Below, piece after piece: positions 34,588 through 45,050 of a DNA stretch of 64,000 bases. The position numbers and the translations under genes were made by a program. Numbering within the stretch: position 1 is the first letter of the stretch; every line of letters begins with the position of its first letter. A model generated the notes under the pieces. It saw only the letters and a program-made list of their open reading frames with translations, did no database searches and was not told the DNA's origin. Where the stretch lies: the sequence record LT960552.1. One strand, 5' to 3'.

Positions 34588-37346
34588 ATGAAACCCAATG
34601 CAATGAATAATGCAAACCTATATTGGTTTATTTTCTTTTGGATTGCATTCACTGTAGTAAATTTATATATTAATATGTATAAACCACAAGTTTATTATGA
34701 AAAGAAACTTGCTGATGCGGTTAAATTTGAACTAAAGAAAGTTGATCCTGTTCGACAAAATGAGCCAGCATACATTGCGTTATTACAAAAATTACGTATA
34801 AATTGTGTTAGTGCAACCGATAAAGAAAACAATACCTTTTATTCATGTCCAACTGGTGAAAAGGTGAGTATGATTAATTGGACACGTGGTGACAAGAAAG
34901 GCGTAGTTACTCGTGAATATAATAAAGATGACACCTTAATATTAATATACGGACACCCTGATGATGTTTACTAAAATTGAAAATTCTGAAGTACTAATTA
35001 AAACTTCTTTTGGATATAAGGTACTTCCATTGTTTGTACGAAATAGTACTAAACAGGTGTATGCAAAAAATGGTCAATATTATATTGCCATATTAGTATC
35101 CAAAATAACAAGTAATGCTAAAATTAGTTGGCAGGAAATTAATATTCCTGAAAACTTTGAAAAAGGCCATTTGGTCTATAACGAGTAATAATGAAATCAA
35201 TTTATTTAACGAGTACCCATAATAGCCGTACTTTTATGCTTACCAGCTATGACCCAAAGACAATTATTATGTTTGAAAATCCAGTACAAGAGATTGACAT
35301 TCATGGTAATAAACTAGTATACTATACTACAATTCAAATTCGAAAGATGTGAGATTTATATGACTAAAGTTGTTCGTAAGCGTCGAGTACTTGATAATGA
35401 TGAATTTAAATCAAGAGAAATTCATCGCCAGCTATGGCGTCGTCTTTGTGCTGGAGAAAAACAAATTGTCGTAACTGAAACTTATGTTGATCCTGAAAGT
35501 ATATTTGGAACTTATTTTAAAGTGTTCAATCATTTTATTAAAAAGGGACTACTTGAAGTAATAACAATTGATCAGCTAGATCCATCTGAACACGAATTCA
35601 CAGTAATTAAATGAGGTAATTTATGTCTTGGAACAACCGTGTAATTATTAATGAACATACTTATATTGATGGTGAAAAAGAAAGTACTGCAACTATGCAT
35701 GAAGTACATTACACCGCCGATGGCGTAATGTTTAGTGGTGTTCTTTTTCCACAAGGTTCAGGTACTGATAGTACTGAAGCACTTCAAGCATTGAAGTTAG
35801 AACTTCAGATGATGCTTGAAGCGGTAGAATTCGTACTTGATGGTAAAACTTCTATTTTTGACTATGATAATAAAGATACGCATGATGCGGGTGAACATTC
35901 TGAAATTATTCGTAAACGAAATGAAGTTAAAGTACTTGATCGTGATGATGCATATCTTGATGAAAAATATGGCGACGAATAATGAATCTATATCATGAAC
36001 TTGAATTTTTAAAAGATTCACAAGTAAAGTTGATTGAACAAGTGCAGAATTTGCGAAATCGTAGTAATGAATCACTTGAAGAGGGTGCTACATATCGTTT
36101 TGTACTATGTAATGCTAAAATTAGTTTTTTGAATTCAATTATTCATGATATTGAATTTGCCATGTCTGGACATGCACCGGACATTGTGATACAATCTACC
36201 ATAGATGCCGTAATGCATGTTGAAGAAAATTTCAAGCCATTTTTAGGCCAATGTGGTTCTGATTGTGATCCTAAAAAGGAGAATAAATGAATAATAACTT
36301 AAAAGAATTATTAGATGCTGCATTAAAAGACATTAAAAATATGTCTACTGATGACTTCTTTGAAAAAATGTATGGTTACAATCCAGAACAGTTGAAAGCA
36401 TATACTGAAGAAGTATTTTTGGTAGAACTTCAGTACTTGAGAAGTTTCTTTGTGGATGGTGCCTATTCTTTTGAACCAAGTTATGACAATCTTCCAGTAC
36501 CCGAAATTACTAAATTATTTTGGAATTATATTGAACGAAATGCTCGTAGCACCTATGAAGATTCAACTGAACCATTCCCTACATATTATGTAGAATTGCC
36601 TAAGTATGGGATTCGTCTAACACATATACATGGTCAAGGGGTTATTACGGTTGTTGAAGACTTTGATTATTCAGATCCTATGTATATTGTAAAAAATATT
36701 ACTCGATTTAAACGTGAAGCAGCATGGGAACACCAACGTAAAATTGATGAATTGTTGTATGATAAACCTAAGCAATTAGATGAAGTACGATTTAGTACTG
36801 AAATAAATGGTATTGGTATTGTAGATACGGGTATTGTAGAACGTGTGTATACTAAAAAAGGTATAGTACGGTACTTGATTGATTCGGTACATAATGGTAA
36901 AGTACTCGTATTTCATAGTGGTGGAAACAAATACCCTATGGATGCAGTAGAAGTAACTGTACTTCACCCTAATAATTATAATAGGTAATACTATGGAAAT
37001 TGATTTTAATCTTGTTCGTGAATTGACACATGCATTAGAAATGAATGGTCGTCAGTTTATTTTACGTGATTTAAAAATTCAAGAAATGAAAGCTAACGGT
37101 ACATATGATGTTAAACATAATCAGGATTTAATTTATTTTCATATAGTTAGTTCTAATATAAATTCAGTACTTGAACGTATTTTTTGGTACTTCGAACATA
37201 AAAATAAATCTGATATTTTAGAATTATCTTTTAGAAATTTAGTTATAAGTGCATATAATGATTATAAAGAGTTTTCATCTCATTGTGATTTTTTATCAGA
37301 AATGGATCGTAAATATAATTTAAATGCACTTGGCTATTCTCATTAA
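34588..37346 (+). other. block of hypothetical genes (34588, 34961, 35360, 35623, 35982, 36287, 36993)
   Basis: Contiguous ORFs. Confidence 0.7.
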
Positions 37347-37499
37347 GGAATTGTAATGATTACTAATGAATGTATTGAATCCAAAACATTTGATGATAAC
37401 GTTCGTAACACATTAAATGATGAAATGGAATTATTGCGTATAAACACTATTGATGGATTACATGATGCTGTTAATAAATTAAAATAATAAAAGAATACC

Positions 37500-37741
37500 G
37501 CATGTATTAGGATGTTGGCCTAAGAGTAGCCATCATTTAAAGAGTATCGAGAACGATCCGTCTAGTGAAGAAGCCACGAAAGTAACTAGCGTATAAGTTC
37601 AGGGGGAAGATTCTGAAAATAGTACTGATATGTTTCATGGGCCAGTATGGAATTAAGTATTCAATCAGCGGTGGCGTTGATTTTATATAATGTCAGTACT
37701 TACCCTTAGAGATTTTGGTGTAATAACACACTACTACATGC
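37500..37741 (+). ncRNA. 23S rRNA H42-H44 (L11-binding/GTPase centre) mimic with ~170-nt insert
   Basis: AGGATGTTGGCCTAAGAGTAGCCATCATTTAAAGAGT...GGTGTAATAACACACT closed by GCATGTA/TACATGC. Confidence 0.75.
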
Positions 37742-37765
37742 ATTTTAATTAAATGAGGATACCTT

Positions 37766-38822
37766 ATGTTTGAATTTGACAGTGTTCAAGATTTTGTTTG
37801 TAAATCTTTAATAGGAAAAGTACTTGTTAAGGTTGATGATGTTGAACTTTTAGAAACTATAGTTCGTGCTCATCATGATTCTAGTACTAATTCTATTATT
37901 GTAGAATCAGAAACATCACAAATATATATCTATAATAGTTCTTTTGTGATAGTTGATAACTTGGTTGAAGTAGATTGGGGAAACTATAGTTTACAAGTAG
38001 AACCTAAATTTGGTATTTCAAGTTGGTTATCCAAATCTGAAAAAAATGAAGATTATGGAGATGTATTCAGTACTGACGAATTCTTTGAACATGTTGAATC
38101 TGGTATGTTCATCGATTCAGATGGACATGGATATCCAAGTAATGGAACTCATCATATTTTCACCTGTTTGTCAGTACGTGATCTTGCAGCATGTAAATAT
38201 AGTAAAACTGTATCTCACATCATATGGTATAATAAATGACTATAAAAGTAAGTGGAAAAGTAACTGAAGTAAAATCAGTTGAAGTTGATATTAGTATTGT
38301 TGAGTTAGAAAAAGCTTCATCAAATTTGATTCCAGGTCAGCTTTTGATTATATTGAAAAAGAAATTAGTTCAAAAACTTATTGAGAAAGATGGTTCTTTA
38401 GATAATGCTGAACTATCATGGAATGATAATTATTGGGAAATTTTTGATTATTATGATTACCATCATAGAGAAAATAAATTTATAAAACTTCGTGATTTAA
38501 ATGATGAAGAAAAGTACGCATTATCTACATTTAATGATGTATCTGAACTATTCAGAAAATTACAATGACAGTACAAAAATTTGAAAAGTTACCTATCCAG
38601 ATTTATGCCCTTGAATGGACTGGTAATAATATTAATGAGTTAAAAGACTTTGGTAGTCCAAACGAAGTAAAGATCGATAATATGGGTCATTGCAAAGTTG
38701 AAACTTTAGAAGGTTGGTTAACTGCATCGGTTGGTGATATGATCATCAGAGGTGTACAAGGGGAAATTTACCCATGCAAACCGGATGTGTTTGCATTAAC
38801 GTATCGTAAAATTGAGGAATAA
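37766..38822 (+). other. three hypothetical genes (37766, 38236, 38565)
   Basis: Coupled ORFs; last has the common phage motif ETLEG...GDMIIRGVQGEIYPCKPD. Confidence 0.75.
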
Positions 38823-38825
38823 AAA

Positions 38826-39170
38826 ATGTCTCACTAGATTGATAAAACTTGGATATATGTATTTGTCCGTACTGATTTACCAGTAGAACAGATTGTAGTA
38901 CAATCAAATCATGCCGCCTATGAAAGCGGATTAGCATTCGACAATAACAGTAACAGTACTGAGACTAGTTCTCTAATAGTTATTTCGTGTAAGAATAAAC
39001 ATAAGTTACAAAAAGCATATGATGAACTTAAATCTAATGGTATTGAGTTAATTCAATTCCATGAACCAGATTGGAATTATGGTTTAACCGCCTTTGCTAG
39101 TGCTCCAGTAACTGAAGAACAGCGTAGTATCTTCCGTAAGTTTCAACTTTTCCGTGGAGGTGCTAAATGA
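38826..39170 (+). CDS. Pth2-like protein with in-frame TAG at codon 4 (38835-38837)
   Basis: GAGGA SD, ATG; after the TAG: YVFVRTDLPVEQIVVQSNHAA...FHEPDWNYGLTAFAS; missed by the ORF track. Confidence 0.7.
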
Positions 39171-39733
39171 TTTATCCTAACACTTTCGAAGAATTGCTCC
39201 AAGTAATGAATAGTACTGAACAGATGAAAGGTCTTAGTGTTCATGCACATGGGCTTATGGTGGTTGAACAGTACAAAGTACTAATTTCAGAATTAGATTC
39301 TGGATAGGGCGATTCTATATTACTTGAAGTATATAGTAAAATTAAAAATAATATTTTACCTGATGATATTGTATTACGTTACCAAGAGTTTCATGATTGT
39401 GGTAAGCCAATATGTCGTGTAGTTGATGATGAAGGTAAGGTGCATTTTCCTGAACATGCAACTATAAGTGCAAATGTTTGGGACAGGTTATATCCTGATG
39501 AAAAAATCATTCAAGAGTTAATTCGAAAAGATATGACATTTCATCTTGCAAAAGCTGATGAGTTTGATATAATATGGAATGATCCATTAGCACCTACTCT
39601 ATATGTTACTGCATGGGCTGAAATTTTAGCGAATTGTACAATGTTTGGTGGGCAGGATAGTACTTCTTTTAAAATTAAAAAGAAAAAGTTAATCCAAGCA
39701 GGTAAAAAGTTCTTAAACTCTTTACCTATATAA
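39167..39733 (+). CDS. HD-domain protein with in-frame TAG at codon 47 (39305-39307)
   Basis: ATGA overlap; VHAHG...FHDCGKP...HFPEHA; in frame with ORF 39440. Confidence 0.7.
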
Positions 39734-39775
39734 ACTATCGGCGGCTTTTGTCGCCAGTTTTAAAAGGTCTTCATT

Positions 39776-40759
39776 ATGGAAAACACAATTATTGTTGATA
39801 TTTTTAAAGGTGCGACCCAAGAAACTGTTTTTGTTTGTAATATAAAAAACCAGTACTTTTCACCTGAACAAACGTATAATATTCATGAACATGAATATAT
39901 TAAACGGTATGATTCCCATTTATATCGTAAAATCGGTGAAAAAAATTGCCGTGAAAGTTTAAATGAAACTATGGTTGGTTATTTTGTTAGTTTAGCTAAC
40001 ATTTTAACCCAAACATATAATTTAGGTAAACTTGATAGTGTGATCTTCAACTCAAGTGGCTATGGTGATTGTACTGGTAATACCTTCATTTTAAGTACTA
40101 ACGAATTTTCACAAAAGGAAGAAGATAAGATGATTATTGATGATAAGGATTTACTCTTTAATATGTATAAAGAAACATTTCCTGATCACGAATTAAATTT
40201 ATAAGGATGTATTATGATTACTACTGAAAATATAACACTTCATGATGATTTAGATGAATCATATGGTTCTCCATATGGATTAGAATATAAAGGATATATT
40301 TTTGTATTCAATTCTATTGAAGACCGTGATTTATGGATTAGCGATTGCAATGATGATGATTTGGATTATATTATTGAAAATGAAAGCGTAGAAACTGAGG
40401 ATTAAACAATGGGTTCGGATGTAAAAGCTTCAATTAATGTAAAACTTGTTAAACAGCCACGTGGCATGAAAGGTGCTAAACCTGATATTGAACAAATTCA
40501 TATCGATTTGTGTTCTATTGTTGAAAACGAAACATTTTCTATTAATAGTAATACTAATCTTGTTGCTGAACCTGAATGTCGTTGGCATAGTATTGATGCA
40601 GATATGAAAAAATTATCAGTACTATATCCTGGAATTTTATTCACGGTTAACGTTAGTATTCCTGATTATGAAGTAAATGAACTGCATTACTTCTATGAAG
40701 GCAAAACTCACGAAGCTGTGATCACATTCTCACCATTCGATGAAGAACTTTTGAAATAA
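39776..40759 (+). other. three hypothetical genes
   Basis: ORFs with SD sites. Confidence 0.7.
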
Positions 40760-40777
40760 ATAAAGTACCACAAAAGA

Positions 40778-40806
40778 TGAAACAGTATATTTTTTTGTGG
40801 TATAAT
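40778..40806 (+). promoter_or_regulatory. TGAAAC-N14-TGGTATAAT promoter
   Basis: Upstream of tRNA-Arg. Confidence 0.8.
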
Positions 40807-40815
40807 ATTAGTATT

Positions 40816-40889
40816 CTCCTGTTAGCTCAATTGGATAGAGCAACAAACTTCTAATTTGTAGGTTACTGGTTCGAATCCAGTATGGGAGA
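40816..40889 (+). tRNA. tRNA-Arg(TCT)
   Basis: Loop CTTCTAA; ends A-CAA. Confidence 0.92.
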
Positions 40890-40939
40890 CAAACAATATA
40901 GCCTAAGCATATGCTTAGGTTTTTTTATTGGTAAAATAT

Positions 40940-42163
40940 ATGAAAGAATTAACATATCCAGAAGAAATTTTTAAAGCACTTGAAGATATACATACAAAGT
41001 TCATTATACCTAATGGTAAAGTTGATAGATTTGTATCTTGGTATGATTTGGACCGTGATTTAACCGATTATGGATTTGAAATATATCCATATAAAAATGA
41101 TGAATCACCAGATCAAATATGTTTGTATGGAAGTATAGGTACTACATATATAACAAATCACACTCTTATTTTTTTTATACATGGTGGCGGAATTCCTCCT
41201 TCATATATTGATGATTATATAAATCTTACCGAAGAACAACATTTTCAACTTGGAACAACTACCTTCCTTGCTGGAGTTTTTGAATTTAATGATTTTAAGA
41301 AAATACACGAATACTTTAAGAAGATTACATAATGGAAAGAATATTAGTTTTTAATTATGAATATGAAACTCATGTTGAATACCCAGGTGGTCCTGGTTGT
41401 CTTGGAAAAATTGAATGGAACGAAATTAGTGAAACGATATTTGAAATATTCGAATTACAAACTGATGGTACATATAGATTAATAACTCAATTTGACCAAA
41501 CAGCATATACATTTGATGAAATATGTAACTATCAATACGATTTATATTTGTTAGTACTAACAAATGAGGCATATCATTTTAATAATATTCATGAAGAAAG
41601 AGTTGATCTGTTTGAAGAATTGTGTAAGAATGAACTTAACACTTTAAACAACCGAATGTGGATTGAGTACTGGATACAGTACCATCATACTAGATGGATA
41701 AATGATTATGAAGAAAAACAAGCCAGAAAAGCCGCTGAAGAAGCCGAAAGCCAATCCATTACCGTGGCTTCAACAATGGTTGAAAACGCCTCAGATGCCT
41801 GTCAGTGAGCTTCCTGAAGTTAATAAAAATAAAGGGGTTGACAATGAATCCAAACAGTAGTATAGTACATAAATCAACAAGACTTAGTGATGAAACAAAA
41901 TCTCGGCTGAAAGAAATGTTAAATCCATTAAGTAATGTGGTATTTGTCAACTTCAATAGGAAGTGATTATGTCTCATTTTACAAATATTGTTAAATTAGA
42001 TGTTCAGAATGGTTATTGGTACGATGTTTATATGGAAGCAATTAATATTGCTAAAATGCTTGACAAGAACGTTGAATTCTTGTTTAATGGTGTTCAAATT
42101 ACATTGAATAAAAATTCAAGTCCTGAATGTTTCGTTAAACAGTATGGAAAAGCGGTAATTTGA
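40940..42163 (+). other. three hypothetical genes (40940, 41332, 41969)
   Basis: ORFs; TTGACA promoter near 41838. Confidence 0.65.
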
Positions 42164-42194
42164 ATTCCAACTGTTTGAAAGTACTAAAAAAACT

Positions 42195-42223
42195 TGAAAC
42201 AGTTTCTGAAAGTGTGGTATAAT
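42195..42223 (+). promoter_or_regulatory. TGAAAC-N14-TGGTATAAT promoter
   Basis: Upstream of the CUA tRNA. Confidence 0.8.
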
Positions 42224-42240
42224 ATACGTATTGAAAGAAT

Positions 42241-42316
42241 GCCTTTGTAGCTCAGTGGTTAGAGCGGGAATCTCTAAAATTCTTTGTCGTCGGTTCGAGT
42301 CCGACCATCGGCACCA
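42241..42316 (+). tRNA. amber suppressor tRNA (anticodon CTA)
   Basis: 76 nt; stem GGAAT/ATTCT, loop CTCTAAA; canonical D and T arms; CCA encoded; two acceptor mismatches. Confidence 0.8.
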
Positions 42317-42353
42317 AAATATAAGTGAGCTTTAGTGGTTCATTGGAAACAAT

Positions 42354-42440
42354 GCGGGTATGAGGATGGCGTACCTCAAACAGACAAAATACGTTCTGTT
42401 GCTGAAAGATGCTAAGATGGTTCAATTCCATCTACCCGCC
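42354..42440 (+). ncRNA. tRNA-like RNA with 12-nt anticodon-arm loop
   Basis: GCGGGTA/TACCCGC, GAGG/CCTC, AACAG/CTGTT, T arm; framed by CTTTAGTG/CACTAAAG. Confidence 0.55.
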
Positions 42441-42784
42441 GCACTAAAGGTAGCATCGAAAGATGAGAAAATAACACGAGGCGTCGGAATACGCCTACAC
42501 TTATAATCGTACAATGGGGCATATAGCCGATAACACCCTTTGGCTTCCAACGCGGTGTAGGGTGCGGAATATCCCCGCCATGCCAACTTTAATGTTGCGT
42601 AAGCTAATGCGTCGTAATGGGAGTTAAGATGAAACCTGATTATATTGAATGTTTAGCAAGTGGTGCTGGACATAATTATCAAAAGCAGTCTATACCATCA
42701 GAGTATATCTGTGGTACTGAAGGTTTAGAACCAACTAAAGTAGTACAATGTCAGTACTGCGGTGAAGAAAAGAAATAATTAAAC

Positions 42785-42862
42785 GGCCCTTTACACACTC
42801 GCGTGAATGTGCTCTCCTCATAAGAGATGATAAGCTGGGTTAGACTCCCAGAAGGGCCACCA
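42785..42862 (+). tRNA. tRNA with CAT anticodon (Ile2-like or Met), atypical D and T loops
   Basis: GGCCCTT/AAGGGCC acceptor like E. coli ileX, loop CTCATAA, CCA encoded. Confidence 0.7.
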
Positions 42863-42880
42863 TATTTTAAATGTATTTAA

Positions 42881-43282
42881 ATGAAAATTGAATTAGAATA
42901 TCCATATAATCAAGATTGGAAAAGTGGATACCTTGTGGTAAATCCAGAAGGAAGAAAAACCGTAATACTATTCAATAGTGATAAAAATAGATCTTCAACT
43001 GCATATGCAAGATATTTGCTTGCAGTAAAAGAAGGTCGATATTTAACTGAAAATGAACAAGCGGATCACAAAGATACCGATAAAACAAATGATTCTATTG
43101 ATAATCTTCAAATTCTAAGTATTGAAGAACACAAAGAAAAAACTATTTTTGAATTTTCTGGTAAAACATATATTGACTTTATATGTGAAACATGTAATAA
43201 TCCTTTTAAGCGTGAAATTAGGCAAGTAAAGACCTATACAAAATATTGTAGTAGAGAATGCTCATACAAACGAACCAAATAA
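42881..43282 (+). mobile_element. HNH homing endonuclease
   Basis: ADHKDTDKTNDSIDNLQIL; C-terminal CxxC...C motif. Confidence 0.85.
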
Positions 43283-43297
43283 TCGGAGTACTGAAAC

Positions 43298-44388
43298 ATG
43301 AACCAGAACTACATGATGCCGTATCAAGGCAAAACCATCGCTGAAGAATCAATCGAATTGGCACAAACTTTCGTTGATCACTTCAAAGATAAGTTTGATT
43401 TCACTCCGCACATCAATGCGATTGCTGAAGATATTGAAAACTACGTGTTCAGCGGCAATTGGGATCATACCATTGAAGTTGAAGTTGACGGTGTTCCGTG
43501 GATTCGTGTTATTCAAGAAGATGAATACGACCAGCATATGGACGAAGACGACGAAGAAACACCATCTAATGATGATGTTGATTATGTCGGCGGCTATTAC
43601 GTCATGCTGGTGAATTAAGATACACGCTACTTGATCGTAGCTAGGGGAATTGTTATCCTCGAATGTAGCCAGTTAATCGCGGTAAAATAAACTCTAATGT
43701 AAGAGTACTTACATCTTGACGTGGCAAGAATGGGATGGGGCTGGAGAGGAAACTCTGTGAAGGTCACGACCCCCAACCATTAACTATTAATTGAGGTTAT
43801 ATGAATTACTTAAAACATAAGTTACATTTAATATTATTTTCAATATTAGTACTATCAGTATTGGGTATTATTACCAATTCTATTGCAGAAGGTATAGATC
43901 GTATAATTTCTCAAGAAATGGTAGATAATACTTATAAAATTAACAGGTGATAAAATGACACTTGAAGAAATACAAAAAAAGCTTGACAATTCTTTTCAAA
44001 ATGGTTATTATATTCGTCGCCCTCACTTTAATGCGGTTGATAATAATTTCGGAAATGTCAATGCTAAAATTGAATGTTATATTTCTCGTACAGGAAATGT
44101 GTATGACATCCGTTATGAAAATAACAAGATTACATCAGTTGTTAGTACGGTTTTCACATTAATTGAAAAACAAACTGATGATTGGGAGATTGTAATATGA
44201 TATTAACCCTAATTTTTTTGTGGAGTCTATTAAACGGTATTTCATGTTGGACTATGGCTATTATGGCTATATTAACATCAGAATATCAAATATTTTGCAA
44301 TAAGGCTGGGAATGGATTTTTATATACACTAATATGTATTGATTCATATCTACGAATTTTTTCTAATACCCATACAGGACTGTGGTAA
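43298..44388 (+). other. small hypothetical genes (43298, 43801, 43955, 44197) and structured spacer 43620-43780
   Basis: ORFs; hairpin-rich gap. Confidence 0.6.
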
Positions 44389-44822
44389 TGAAAACATTAA
44401 CTACTTCAGATTTTAAAATTCAAGAACTTTCTAAAATGTGTATAGATTCACATCTATTTCATTCATATACATGGACAATGTTTCAATGTTTCAATGATGT
44501 AATTGATGATGATGAAATAGCAAAAAATTCTGAAATAATCATTTTACAAGATGATTTTGGAAAAAATATTGGTGCTATATTTCATAACGATGAAAATCAT
44601 TATTTTGGTACTAATATTCAAGTATTTGTGTTAGAATCAAAACGTGGTAATGGTTATGGAAAATTTTTGTACAAAGAAATGAATAAATTTCTTATTAAAC
44701 AAAAATTTGATGGGACATTGTATGCAGGATCAGGGATCGTTGGATCAATGGATTTTTGGGATAAAATGTCAAAATTACATGAAAGTACTGAATGCTTAGA
44801 ACTACATGCTGAGTACTTTTAA
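44382..44822 (+). CDS. GNAT-family acetyltransferase
   Basis: IQVFVLESKRGNGYGKFLY acetyl-CoA motif; FWDKM. Confidence 0.75.
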   Translation: MVMKTLTTSDFKIQELSKMCIDSHLFHSYTWTMFQCFNDVIDDDEIAKNSEIIILQDDFGKNIGAIFHNDENHYFGTNIQVFVLESKRGNGYGKFLYKEMNKFLIKQKFDGTLYAGSGIVGSMDFWDKMSKLHESTECLELHAEYF

Positions 44823-44833
44823 TATATAATATT

Positions 44834-44918
44834 GCGTTTGTGGTGAAATTGGTAACCACAGGGGACTTAAAATCCCCCGCCCGTATAGGGCTTGTCGGTT
44901 CGAGTCCGACCAGACGCA
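44834..44918 (+). tRNA. tRNA-Leu(TAA)
   Basis: Loop CTTAAAA, V arm; ends A-CAA. Confidence 0.92.
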
Positions 44919-45050
44919 CAAAAATTTTCAAGGCGATATGAGCTATCCACATAATATAATTAATGTATATGGTACTGAATAACCGTATTAAAAACTGCAT
45001 AGTAATAATATTAAAGTTACGTATTATCGAAATGATGAAAAGGAACAATT

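Noticed and set aside
37500-37741. True rRNA gene
   Set aside because: Only ~55 nt match 23S rRNA, split by an insert, with no flanking rRNA sequence; treated as a mimic.
42354-42440. Selenocysteine tRNA
   Set aside because: No UCA anticodon and no 8-bp acceptor.
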